Shown here one piece after another: positions 27,706 through 37,589 of a stretch of DNA of 64,000 bases. Numbering within the stretch: the first letter of the stretch is position 1; each line of letters starts with the position of its first letter. Made by a program: the position numbers and the translations under genes. The DNA lies in assembly GCA_965140795.1 (NCBI GenBank), contig OZ223470.1:2115579-2179578 (forward strand), given 5' to 3'. The notes beneath the pieces were generated by a model that saw only the letters and a program-made list of their open reading frames with translations, was not told the origin of the DNA and searched no databases. The DNA comes from Sphaerochaetaceae bacterium (lineage in GTDB: Bacteria > Spirochaetota > Spirochaetia > Sphaerochaetales > Sphaerochaetaceae).

Positions 27706-30147
27706 ATGAAAAATAATGAACATAATACACCATATTTGCAACTGTCTCAAATTGATAAGTCGTTTGGTATAACACATGCATTGGATCATGTAGACTTAGA
27801 TGTTTATGAGGGCGAAGTTATTGGGTTAATAGGCCCTAATGGTGCTGGTAAATCAACCTTAATGAAAACTTTAACTGGTGTTTTGAGTGCTGATAGTGGA
27901 GAAATAAAAATAAAAGGAAAAACTTTTGATAATTATTCACAAAAAGAATCAAAAGCAAGTGGAATTGTTTGTGCATATCAAGATCTATCATTATGTACAA
28001 ATTTAAAAGTTTATGAAAATTTCGTAATCTTAAATATTGATCACAATCTAATCTCAAAGAAAGGTTGGCGAAAACAATATCAAGATGAGGCAAAAAGGAT
28101 ATTAGATTTCTATTTTCCTAATAATAATATTGATGTAAATAAACCTGTGATGAATTTATCATTAGCAGAACGACAATTAGTCGAAATTTGTAAAGCTCTA
28201 ACTTTTGAAAATTTAAAAGTTCTGGTTTTAGATGAACCTACATCGGCACTCTCATCAGACAAAGTAGCACAATTACATGATGTTATAAAAAATTTAAGAA
28301 AAAGAGGAATTTCAATTATATATATTTCTCATAAACTAGATGAAATTAATAATATTGCTAATCGTGTTGCTCTTTTGAAAAATGGAAAAAATGAAGGTTA
28401 TTTTGATCCAAAAGTTACTTCAAAAGATGAATTAATTCATGTCATGGGGGGACAAGTTGAACATACGACTACTTTGAAAGTTGATAAAAATAATACCAAT
28501 ATAAATATGATTGAAATAAAAAATTTTGAAACCAGTAACTTACATAATATTTCTATGACTGTAAACAAGGGCGAAATTGTTGGTATTTCAGGGCTTGTTG
28601 GTTCTGGGCAAACTCAATTATTAAATGAAATATTTTTAGCAAGTAAAAAAGGTAAATCTAAAGATTATATAAAAGTAAATTCTTCAATCTCTTATGTTAG
28701 TGGGGATAGAGAACAAGAAGGGATTTTCCCTTTATGGGATATCTCTAAAAACACAGTTATTTCTAATTTAAATCAAGGTAAATCAAATTTTTTCTTAAAT
28801 AAGGAAAGGGTTAAAGATTTATCAGAAACTTGGTATAAAAAACTGAAATTTAAAGCTGAAGGTATCAATAGTCCAATTTTATCATTAAGTGGTGGAAATC
28901 AACAAAAAGCATTGATTGCAAGAGGCATTGCTTCTGGTGCGGATATAATTATTTTAAATGATCCTACAGCCGGTGTAGATATTGAAACTAAACAAGAAAT
29001 TTATTCTTTATTACATGAAGCAAAAAGAAATGGGAAATCAATAATTTTATATAGCACTGAAGATTCTGAAATAGAAATATGTGATAGAGCTTATATAATG
29101 CATGAAGGTGAAATAACAAAAGAATTAATCGGAGATGAGATTTCAGTTTCAAATATTGTAAAGGCTTCCTTTATTGAAGTTGATGATAATAAAAAATTAA
29201 CTAAAGTTACGAATAAAAAGTTTAAAGATTCAAGATTAGTTATTCCATCAATTGCTTTAATACTTATGGTGGTTACTAATGTAATTTTGAATCCTAATTT
29301 ATTATCCTATTTTGGAGTTAGAACAATAATAAATTCTGCTATCCCATTAGTATTTGCGGCTTTAGGACAAATGTTTATTGTTGTTGGTGGTGATATTGAT
29401 ATGGGTAATGGATACTCGATTGGACTAGTGAATGTCCTTGTTGCAGTAGTATTAACGGCAAATCCTTTAGTAGGGATTATAAGTTTGATTTTATTTATTG
29501 TGGCATATATGCTCATGGGACTATTAATCCATATGCGACATTTACCCGCAATTGTAGTTACATTAGGTGCTCAATTTGTTTGGTTAGGAATTGCTTTAGT
29601 TATTAGCCCCAGTGCTGGAGGTTCTTGTCCTGAAGGTTTATATAATTTCTTTAAATTAAAAACACCAATAATTCCAATGCCTGTTCTAATAATGATTGTT
29701 GCTGCAATAGCTACTTGGTATATTTTATTTCGTTCTAAATATGGAATGATATTAAGAGGCATAGGAAATAATGTTAAGGCGATTGAAAGAGCTGGATGGT
29801 CATTCGTTATTGCAAAAGTTACAAATTATGCTTTAGCCGCTATTATGGTTATTTGTTCAGGACTTTCTTTTACTGTTATGTGTTTAGGGGCAGATCCAAA
29901 TAGTTCTTCAGCTTTTTGTATGCAAAGTATTGCAATTGTTATTCTTGGTGGTTGTGATTTTGCAGGTGGCTTTGTAGAACCTATAGGAGTTGTTTTTGGT
30001 GCGATTGCGATGTCCTTAATTACAACATTATTAATATCATTAAAGATTGACTCAAACTTTCAAACGGCTGTAACTGGGTTGATTCTTATTGCAGTTTTGG
30101 CAATAAAATTACTTCGAAGTAAAAAAGGAGGTCAAGTTTATGCTTAA
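27706..30147 (+). CDS. Fused sugar ABC transporter: tandem ATPase (RbsA-like) + C-terminal permease (RbsC-like)
   Basis: NBD1 has GPNGAGKST / LSLAERQLVEICKAL / VLVLDEPTSAL. NBD2 has GLVGSGQTQ / LSGGNQQKALIARGI / IILNDPTAGVDI. From about residue 505 there is a polytopic BPD_transp_2-type domain (ALGQMFIVVGGDIDMGNG...). The reading frame is continuous. Confidence 0.85.
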   Translation: MKNNEHNTPYLQLSQIDKSFGITHALDHVDLDVYEGEVIGLIGPNGAGKSTLMKTLTGVLSADSGEIKIKGKTFDNYSQKESKASGIVCAYQDLSLCTNLKVYENFVILNIDHNLISKKGWRKQYQDEAKRILDFYFPNNNIDVNKPVMNLSLAERQLVEICKALTFENLKVLVLDEPTSALSSDKVAQLHDVIKNLRKRGISIIYISHKLDEINNIANRVALLKNGKNEGYFDPKVTSKDELIHVMGGQVEHTTTLKVDKNNTNINMIEIKNFETSNLHNISMTVNKGEIVGISGLVGSGQTQLLNEIFLASKKGKSKDYIKVNSSISYVSGDREQEGIFPLWDISKNTVISNLNQGKSNFFLNKERVKDLSETWYKKLKFKAEGINSPILSLSGGNQQKALIARGIASGADIIILNDPTAGVDIETKQEIYSLLHEAKRNGKSIILYSTEDSEIEICDRAYIMHEGEITKELIGDEISVSNIVKASFIEVDDNKKLTKVTNKKFKDSRLVIPSIALILMVVTNVILNPNLLSYFGVRTIINSAIPLVFAALGQMFIVVGGDIDMGNGYSIGLVNVLVAVVLTANPLVGIISLILFIVAYMLMGLLIHMRHLPAIVVTLGAQFVWLGIALVISPSAGGSCPEGLYNFFKLKTPIIPMPVLIMIVAAIATWYILFRSKYGMILRGIGNNVKAIERAGWSFVIAKVTNYALAAIMVICSGLSFTVMCLGADPNSSSAFCMQSIAIVILGGCDFAGGFVEPIGVVFGAIAMSLITTLLISLKIDSNFQTAVTGLILIAVLAIKLLRSKKGGQVYA

Positions 30148-31081
30148 ATTTATAAACAAACACGTTTTTATATGGCCACTTTTAGGAACTCTTTTATTAT
30201 GGATTTTAGTTGGTATCTATTCTGGAAGTATGACAATTACCCAATTATTATCATGTTCAAAATTGGCAACTTTTGCACTTCTTTTAGCCTTAGCTCAAAT
30301 GATTGTTGTAACTAGTGGTAATGGTGCAATTGATTTATCACAAATATATATTTTAACTTTAGGTGCATATGTTTCTTGTAATGTAATGGGGTATAGTATT
30401 TTATTAAGTATTATTGTTGCAATATTAGTTGGTGCAGCTTGCGGATTTGTTAATGGTTGTATTAATGTTTTCCTAAAAGTTCCAGCAATGGTAACAACTC
30501 TTGCTAGTGGATATATAATTTTTACTATCATTTTAGTAATTGCTCCTAATATGACTACTTTACCTGCCGCAAAAATGGTTGCTTTTATAAACTATAATTT
30601 TTTAGGAATATCTATGTTAACTTTCATAAGCATTTTTATTTCTTTAATAATTGCAGTAATATTATATAAAACTAATTATGGTAATAATTTACATGCAGTA
30701 GGTCAAAATAGAGTAGCTAGTTATTATTCTGGTATTCCAGTAAATCGCACTGTTATTACTGCTTTTGTTATTGGTGGTATTTTATGCGGAATATCTGGTT
30801 TCTTATGTAGTATTTTTATTGGTGGAGCATTTCAAGATATGGGAAGCACTTATTTTTTACCTTCCATTGCAGCAGCTTTTGTAGGCGGAACACTTGCTTC
30901 AGGCGGTCGATCAAATGTTATTGGGGTATTTTTTGGAGCTTTAATGATGTCTTTTTTAACAACATTCTTAAATACAACAAATCTACCACCTGGATATCAA
31001 AGACTAATCCAAGGGCTTTTCCTAATTTTCCTATTAGTTGCTTCAGTATCTAATACTAAAGTAAAAAAGAAAAAAGCCTAG
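30140..31081 (+). CDS. Sugar ABC transporter permease (RbsC-like)
   Basis: The 313-aa polytopic protein carries QMIVVTSGNGAIDLS. It overlaps the preceding gene by 8 nt. Confidence 0.85.
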   Translation: MLKFINKHVFIWPLLGTLLLWILVGIYSGSMTITQLLSCSKLATFALLLALAQMIVVTSGNGAIDLSQIYILTLGAYVSCNVMGYSILLSIIVAILVGAACGFVNGCINVFLKVPAMVTTLASGYIIFTIILVIAPNMTTLPAAKMVAFINYNFLGISMLTFISIFISLIIAVILYKTNYGNNLHAVGQNRVASYYSGIPVNRTVITAFVIGGILCGISGFLCSIFIGGAFQDMGSTYFLPSIAAAFVGGTLASGGRSNVIGVFFGALMMSFLTTFLNTTNLPPGYQRLIQGLFLIFLLVASVSNTKVKKKKA

Positions 31082-31266
31082 GTGTAATCAAAAAATAATT
31101 TTTAAGATTCAAAAACAAATTTTTAATTTGTTTTAGGTTTTTATTGTCAAAAAATAAATCAAATCTAGTTTTTAATCATAATTTAAAAATTTGGATTAAA
31201 AGTTTAAGTCGAATTTTAACTAAAAATTTTTATAAATTATGTAGTTGAGAATATAAGGAATAAAAT

Positions 31267-32283
31267 ATGAAAGCAATAATAGTTAACAAGCCAAAAGATA
31301 TTCAAATTATTGATGTAGAAAAGCCTATTATAACAAATGAAGACGAAGTAATTATTAAGATTATGGCAACAGGGGTTTGTGGAAGTGATGTAGGAATCTT
31401 GTTCGGGCATAATCCTGTTGCTGTTTATCCACGAATTATAGGCCATGAAATGACCGGAATTATTGTGAAAAAAGGCAAAAATGTAAAAAATTTTGAGCTT
31501 GATGATCATGTAATTGTAAAACAAACCGAAAGTTGTGGAAAATGTTACGCTTGTACACATAACCAAGAAAATGTTTGTTCAACTCTAAAAGTAAGAGGAG
31601 TTACAATTGATGGAGGTTATCAGCAATATTATAAAGTTAATTATAAATCAATATATAAAATTGATAAAAAAGTTGATTTGATGACAGCTGTATTAATTGA
31701 GCCTTACACGATTGGTTTTCAAGCTTGTAGTAGAGGTAATTTGCAATCAGATGATACTTTACTAGTTAATGGGGTTGGTGCATTAGGTGCTATAGTAGTT
31801 GATGTTGCAAAAAGCTTTGGATGTAAGATAATTGCAATTGATATCGATAAGGATAAATTAAATGCAGCAAAAGAGTTAGGGGCAACATATACTCTATTAG
31901 GAAATGATCAACATTTGAAAGAAAAGATTTTAGAATTAACAGATAATTATGGACCAACCATATCAATAGATTGTGTTTGTAATCCTAAATCTGTTGAGTT
32001 TGTTGTTGATATTACTGGAAATGGTGGGCGAGTTGTTACTATGGGATTTGATAAAAGACCTTCAAGTATTCCACAGTATGAAATCACAGTAAAACAGCTT
32101 TCTATAATAGGTTCAAGATTACAGCATAATCAATTTGAAAAAGTTATTAAGCTGTTTGAAGAAAATAAAGTTAACCCATCACGAATGGTTTCTCATGTAT
32201 TTAAATATACTGATATTGATAAGGTGTATGAATTAATAAAATCAAAGAATTATAAAAAAATTCTTTTGGATTTTTCAGACTAA
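31267..32283 (+). CDS. Zn-dependent medium-chain dehydrogenase (sorbitol/threonine dehydrogenase-like)
   Basis: GVCGSDVG, GHEMTG, the structural-Zn Cys cluster CGKCYACTHNQENVC and GVGALG are present. Confidence 0.85.
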   Translation: MKAIIVNKPKDIQIIDVEKPIITNEDEVIIKIMATGVCGSDVGILFGHNPVAVYPRIIGHEMTGIIVKKGKNVKNFELDDHVIVKQTESCGKCYACTHNQENVCSTLKVRGVTIDGGYQQYYKVNYKSIYKIDKKVDLMTAVLIEPYTIGFQACSRGNLQSDDTLLVNGVGALGAIVVDVAKSFGCKIIAIDIDKDKLNAAKELGATYTLLGNDQHLKEKILELTDNYGPTISIDCVCNPKSVEFVVDITGNGGRVVTMGFDKRPSSIPQYEITVKQLSIIGSRLQHNQFEKVIKLFEENKVNPSRMVSHVFKYTDIDKVYELIKSKNYKKILLDFSD

Positions 32284-32301
32284 TAGTAACTAGAGGAAAT
32301 T

Positions 32302-33324
32302 ATGAAAACAATAAAAATAGATAGCCCGTTTGATTTGAAATTTGGAGATATGGATATCCCTACTACTTGCAATGATGACGAAGTGATTATAAAAGTAACT
32401 GCAGGCGGAATTTGTGGTTCAGATATTGGTATATATAATGGGACTAATTCATTAGCAACTTATCCTAGAATAATTGGTCATGAATTTGGAGGATACATTA
32501 AAGTATTGGGTAATAATGTAAAAAATTTAAAAGTAGGTCAATTAGTTGCTATAGATCCTGTTGTAAGCTGCGGACATTGCTATGCATGTAATACGGGACA
32601 TCATAATGTATGTTCAACATTGGAGGTTATAGGTGTTCATCGTGATGGTGGATTTAGACAATACATTTCTGTCCCTGCAAAAAATGTACATACATTTAAA
32701 TCTGAATTTGATCCATATTTGGTGAGCATGGTGGAACCTTTTTCTATCGGAATGGAAATTAATAATAGAGCAAATATTAAAGAAGGTGACAAAGTATTAA
32801 TTTTTGGAAGTGGTCCAATTGGCTTATGTGCTATGCAAATTGCAATATCAAGAAAAGCAAAAGTTATGATTGCCGATATTGATGAAATACGATTAAAGAG
32901 GGCAAAAGAAATGGGTGCTTCTGAAACTGTTTTTTCAAATAAAGATAATTTAGAAGAGAGAGTGTTAAAATTTACCTCAAATGAAGGAATGCCAGTGGTT
33001 GTTGATACTGCTTGCAAAACTTATACTTTTGAGCAAGGGGTTAAATTAGCTTCTCCAGCTGGTAGATTAGTAATTTTAGGGTTATTAAATAAACCTTCAG
33101 AAATAGTTATGGCTGATATTACAAAAAAAGAACTTACAATTTTAGGTTCTAGATTAAATAATAATTGTTTTGATGAGGTAATTGAAGGGTTTGAAAATGG
33201 GTCACTTCATCCTGAATTAATAAAAACTGATGAATATTTATTTACAGATGCAAAAAAGGCTTTCGATAAAGTAATTAATTGCCCTTCTGAGGTATTAAAA
33301 GTAGTTTTAAAATTTGATGCTTAA
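32302..33324 (+). CDS. Zn-dependent medium-chain dehydrogenase, tandem paralogue
   Basis: GICGSDIG, GHEFGG, CGHCYACNTGHHNVC and GSGPIG are present. Confidence 0.85.
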   Translation: MKTIKIDSPFDLKFGDMDIPTTCNDDEVIIKVTAGGICGSDIGIYNGTNSLATYPRIIGHEFGGYIKVLGNNVKNLKVGQLVAIDPVVSCGHCYACNTGHHNVCSTLEVIGVHRDGGFRQYISVPAKNVHTFKSEFDPYLVSMVEPFSIGMEINNRANIKEGDKVLIFGSGPIGLCAMQIAISRKAKVMIADIDEIRLKRAKEMGASETVFSNKDNLEERVLKFTSNEGMPVVVDTACKTYTFEQGVKLASPAGRLVILGLLNKPSEIVMADITKKELTILGSRLNNNCFDEVIEGFENGSLHPELIKTDEYLFTDAKKAFDKVINCPSEVLKVVLKFDA

Positions 33325-33370
33325 AAAATAGATTACTATCTTATTACTATTAGTAAAGATAAATAATTAT

Positions 33371-33415
33371 GCCACAAATATTTCTATTAAAATATTTTGT
33401 GGCTTTTTTGTTTTT
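33371..33415 (+). terminator. Rho-independent terminator of the 25901-33324 operon
   Basis: A GCCACAAA.../...TTTGTGGC stem is followed by TTTTTTGTTTTT. Confidence 0.65.
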
Positions 33416-33605
33416 GTATTTTTAATTAATTAAACTAAATCCTTTAATTTAAAAGTAAAATATAATAATGCAATAGAATTTTATTATTAATTTGTTTTAT
33501 ATTTAAATTGAACTTGTTAAGAAAAAGAGATTATATTTATTATACATGTTATAATTTTATTAATAAAAAAAAGATTTATTTGTTAACAGCTTATGGAGGC
33601 TTATA

Positions 33606-34718
33606 GTGAAATTAAAGTTTGAAGAGACCCGTATGGATTTATTTACGCGTAAATATTCTGTTAAAGAGAGAATTTTTCTCTATTATATGGGCTTTTTTGC
33701 TATATTTTCATTTTTAACTATCATAACAAATATAATTTATGGCTTAAATTTTTCTTTTAATTATAAATGGATGTTTATATGTGTGTTTTGTTCTTTTATG
33801 GGGATTTTAGCAATTAAAAAAACAAAAACATATTTAATTCATAGAATTGGTATTTATGTTATAACGCTAATTATTTTACCTATATCTTGGTTATCTAGTT
33901 CAGGGTTAATATCCCCTTCGATAATATATTCAATTGTTGTAATGTTACTTATTAACTTTATTTTAGTTGGTAAAGAGAGAATAATATTAAATTTAATTTT
34001 AACATTAGTTAATTTAGGCTTGATTGCACTTTTCTATAATTATCCTCAAGTTTTTAAACAGATGAATGCTCAAGAGCAGTTTATTGATTGGATGGTTAAT
34101 ATTCCTGTAGTTTTTGCTTTTATAGCTATTTTATTAATTGTTTTTGAAAGAGCTTATGAACGAGAAAGATTTATTAGTTTTAAAAAGACAAAAGAATTAG
34201 AAATCCTCTCAACAACTGATGCTCTTACAGGTTTAAAAAATAGAGTTAATTTAAATAATGATATTAATCTTTTAATAAATCGTTATAAAGAAGTGGGGAC
34301 TATTTTTTCTGTTATAATTCTTGATATAGATCATTTTAAAACATTTAATGATACCTATGGGCATCTTAAAGGGGATGAATGTTTAAAAACTATTAGTGGA
34401 ATACTAAAAGATGCTACAAAGCAAAAAATGTATAAAGCCTATCGTTTTGGTGGAGAAGAGTTTTTAATACTTTTATCTGATACTGATCAAAATGAAGCTG
34501 TAAAGTTTTCACAAGAATTGAAAGAAACAATTAATATTTATGCAATACCTAATATCAACTCAGATGTTAAATCTATTATTACTGTTAGTATGGGTATCTC
34601 TACAACCTCAGAAAATTATAATGCAGATATTGATACTTTATTAAAATATGCAGATAAAGCTCTTTATAAAGCTAAGACTACAGGTCGTGATAAGATTGTA
34701 TGTTTTGATAAGCAATAA
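33606..34718 (+). CDS. Membrane diguanylate cyclase (multi-TM N-domain + canonical GGEEF domain)
   Basis: TDALTGLKNR, ILDIDHFKTFNDTYGHLKGD, YRFGGEEF and KALYKAKTTGRD are present. Confidence 0.85.
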   Translation: MKLKFEETRMDLFTRKYSVKERIFLYYMGFFAIFSFLTIITNIIYGLNFSFNYKWMFICVFCSFMGILAIKKTKTYLIHRIGIYVITLIILPISWLSSSGLISPSIIYSIVVMLLINFILVGKERIILNLILTLVNLGLIALFYNYPQVFKQMNAQEQFIDWMVNIPVVFAFIAILLIVFERAYERERFISFKKTKELEILSTTDALTGLKNRVNLNNDINLLINRYKEVGTIFSVIILDIDHFKTFNDTYGHLKGDECLKTISGILKDATKQKMYKAYRFGGEEFLILLSDTDQNEAVKFSQELKETINIYAIPNINSDVKSIITVSMGISTTSENYNADIDTLLKYADKALYKAKTTGRDKIVCFDKQ

Positions 34719-34751
34719 TGATTTAACAAAATAGTTAATATTTTTATAAAA

Positions 34752-35384
34752 TTATTGAAACATTTTGATAGTAATTTTTTTTGATTTAAACATTTTTTTT
34801 ATTGAGAATATTCCTATTAGAATAAATAAAAGTTGTAATAGTAAAGTTAAAATAATCATTCCAAATGATGCAGAAAAATATGCAAGAGTTAAGGAAAATA
34901 TTATAGGCATATACATAGATAAAAAAATTGATTTTTTATTGAAGAAGTAAGTGGCTATAAGATATGTATATAAAATAGCATTTATTGCATAAGTTATAAG
35001 AATTGACATTGATAAAATAGAAATTTCAAATTTTAAGAATAAACTAAAAATCATTAGCAAAAGAAAAAAGGGTATGCAAATTATAATTTTTGCAACAAAT
35101 AAATATAATCTTGGAATATTTAAGTTTGAAAAAAATATATTAATATTACAATTAATATCGTTATAAGTGGAATCTAAAAAGAATTGCCCATAGCATGCTG
35201 CAATACTAAAGAGCATTAATAAATTTACTATAAATTCCCATTCTACATCTGGTGAAGCATAACCTGGAATATAAATCATTAAAGGAAGTGTTACACTCAT
35301 TGTAGTTAAGAATAATGATTTTTTAGCACTAAGAAGCCATTTTAGTTCTGTTTTTATAGCTAATTTTAAATAGTTAATATTCAT
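34752..35384 (-). CDS. Polytopic membrane protein, ABC-2-permease-like, no partner ATPase nearby
   Basis: The 210-aa protein has about 6 hydrophobic segments. There is no recognisable RBS and no family motif I can name. Confidence 0.45.
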   Translation of the reverse strand: MNINYLKLAIKTELKWLLSAKKSLFLTTMSVTLPLMIYIPGYASPDVEWEFIVNLLMLFSIAACYGQFFLDSTYNDINCNINIFFSNLNIPRLYLFVAKIIICIPFFLLLMIFSLFLKFEISILSMSILITYAINAILYTYLIATYFFNKKSIFLSMYMPIIFSLTLAYFSASFGMIILTLLLQLLFILIGIFSIKKMFKSKKITIKMFQ

Positions 35385-35542
35385 TAATAATTAGAAAATC
35401 TGATATAGAATTTTCATTAACCTACCTTTTAATTTTTATTGTTTTATTTAAATTAGTAATATAACAATATATTTAAAAATTATTAAGATTAATAGTGAAA
35501 GTCAAATTTAAAATTAGAAAACTTTTATTTTATAAATATATA

Positions 35543-35586
35543 AAACAAAGGGGCCTTTATTGCATGTTAGACCCGTTTGTTTTTTA
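35543..35586 (-). terminator. Candidate terminator downstream of lipoprotein gene 35630-36088
   Basis: An AAACAAAGGGG ... CCCGTTTGTTT stem (one mismatch) is flanked by A and T runs. Confidence 0.45.
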
Positions 35587-35629
35587 GAAATAATTTATTG
35601 GATTATTGAAACTTAAAAAAAACTATATA

Positions 35630-36088
35630 TTAAGTAAGATCCTCGGTAACAAAAAATTCAAAATGAGGATCATCTCCAGACCAGGCTATAACATAAATAT
35701 CAATTGTGATATTTCCTTTTGTATAAGTGTTATTGTCTGTACCTTGAACATATCCATTTGCTAGAGCTGCATCTCTAAAAGGTTGTATATCTGTACTTTC
35801 AATTAAAGCCCCACCATTTTTAGTAGTAAAAGTAGACATGAATGTTTTTGTATCACTATCTTCTGAATAATAAAAATTATCGTCAGGATAATTAGTAAGA
35901 TTGCTACCAATAGTATTACCAAAACAATTAAAAGCATCTTGTGCTGATTTTAAATTTGCTAATGCTTCACCAGAGTAATCATTGAACCAATTAGGATATG
36001 TAATTGATGGGGATAATTCACAACTAGTAAAGATAAAAAAGATTGAAAAAATAATGACAACTAAAGAATAAGGATAAATTTTTTTCAT
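35630..36088 (-). CDS. Small lipoprotein, unknown function
   Basis: I trimmed the ORF to MKKIYPYSLVVIIFSIFFIFTSC, which has a lipobox Cys. GGAGG precedes the start. Confidence 0.6.
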   Translation of the reverse strand: MKKIYPYSLVVIIFSIFFIFTSCELSPSITYPNWFNDYSGEALANLKSAQDAFNCFGNTIGSNLTNYPDDNFYYSEDSDTKTFMSTFTTKNGGALIESTDIQPFRDAALANGYVQGTDNNTYTKGNITIDIYVIAWSGDDPHFEFFVTEDLT

Positions 36089-36520
36089 AGTAATACCTCC
36101 ATGATAAAATTTAAAAACATAAAATAATAACAATAAGCCAACTAAGTAATTCTAACATTGAATTAGAAAAATATAAAGAATTTATTATATAATTAATTAT
36201 TATACAGTTGTATATAATTATATATATGGTAAGTAATTATATAAATTTTTCTTATACATAGATAAAAACTGTGATATTATCATTTATACAAATATTAAAA
36301 TATAGTAAAAAATAATTATAAAAATTTTGATTTGTTGTTTTGAATTTTTTTTGTAAAAAATGTGTTGATTTTTTTATTTGACAAATTGTTTTTTTTTGTA
36401 ACAATAAAGTTTTTTATATGTTGTCTAATATGTGATTATATAGAATAAAAACTCTATATAATCTCAAATTTTTACTCTATTAATTTAGGGTATGATTAAT
36501 TTATTTTTTTGGAGGATTAT

Positions 36521-37510
36521 ATGAAAAGAATATTAAAACTAGTATCTAGTTTTATTTGCATGGGAATAAGCATTTCTTTTCTCTTAAGCTGTTCTCTTTT
36601 TCCAGAGAAAGGAACAGTTTCGTTATCATTGACTGATGCACCAATCGCTGATAGCGCTGCCGTTGAAGGTGTCTATGTTACTATTACAGGCATTGAATAT
36701 TATTTAAATGGTGATTGGATTACTGATGAGAGTTTTGGGGAACCTAAAAAATTTAATTTGTTAGAATTAACGAATGGTGAAGTTGCTCCATTATCTACAG
36801 TATCAATTGAATCAGGCCATGTTTCTCAAATTCGCTTTTTATTAGATGCAGAATTAGATGAAACCGAAGCTCCTAAATCAAGAGGAGGAACTCCAGGTTG
36901 TTATATAGTTATTGATTCTGATGGTGTTGCTGATGGAATTGAGGATGAAACAGATACTTCTTATTCATTAAAAGTTCCAAGTACTGAGTATAAAGCTACT
37001 GGTGCTTTTGATGTTCCTCTAAATGGAACTGTAGAAATGACTGCTGACTTTGATGTTCGTAAATCCGTAACAAAACGAGGAAGCAAGGATGAATATATAT
37101 TAAAGCCTACTATTAGATTAATTGTTAATAATCAATCGGGAACTATTTCAGGTAATTTTGAAGATTCAGCTAATAGTTATGATTCTTATACTATTTTTGC
37201 TTATGAGGATGGAGATTATGATGTAGCAACTGAATATGATGATGTTAAAGCAGCACTTGAAACAAGTCCTAATTCAACTGATGAAATATTCTTCTCTAAT
37301 GCAATTAGTAGTGCTCAGGTTAAAGATGATGGTGATGGTTCATTTAGTTATGTTTTACCTTTCTTAGCAAGTGGTACATATGATTTAGTTGTAGTTGGAA
37401 TTGATACTGATGGTCCTTATACTATTGTAGATGATGATTCTTATGTAAATCTTTCAGTCCAAGCTGAAGAAACAAATACAGAAAATATTTATTTAGGATC
37501 AGATTCTTAA
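36521..37510 (+). CDS. DUF4382-like lipoprotein
   Basis: I trimmed the ORF to the ATG at 36521, after GGAGG. A lipobox (FLLSC) is followed by GTVSLSLTDAPI...V.ITGIEY...FNLLELTNG, as I recall for DUF4382 proteins. Confidence 0.65.
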   Translation: MKRILKLVSSFICMGISISFLLSCSLFPEKGTVSLSLTDAPIADSAAVEGVYVTITGIEYYLNGDWITDESFGEPKKFNLLELTNGEVAPLSTVSIESGHVSQIRFLLDAELDETEAPKSRGGTPGCYIVIDSDGVADGIEDETDTSYSLKVPSTEYKATGAFDVPLNGTVEMTADFDVRKSVTKRGSKDEYILKPTIRLIVNNQSGTISGNFEDSANSYDSYTIFAYEDGDYDVATEYDDVKAALETSPNSTDEIFFSNAISSAQVKDDGDGSFSYVLPFLASGTYDLVVVGIDTDGPYTIVDDDSYVNLSVQAEETNTENIYLGSDS

Positions 37511-37545
37511 AATTAAAACTATTTAAATAGTAATGTAATAAAAAT

Positions 37546-37574
37546 TGGGAAGTTAATTGCTTCCCAGTTTTTTA
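37546..37574. terminator. Terminator between convergent genes
   Basis: The stem TGGGAAG/CTTCCCA has a 7-nt loop, followed by GTTTTTT. Confidence 0.55.
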
Positions 37575-37589
37575 TAATTATTTAATTTA

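Noticed and set aside
34752-35384. A possible bacteriocin or lantibiotic immunity ABC-2 permease.
   Set aside because: There is no adjacent ATPase, bacteriocin precursor or modification gene. The assignment rests only on size and hydrophobicity.
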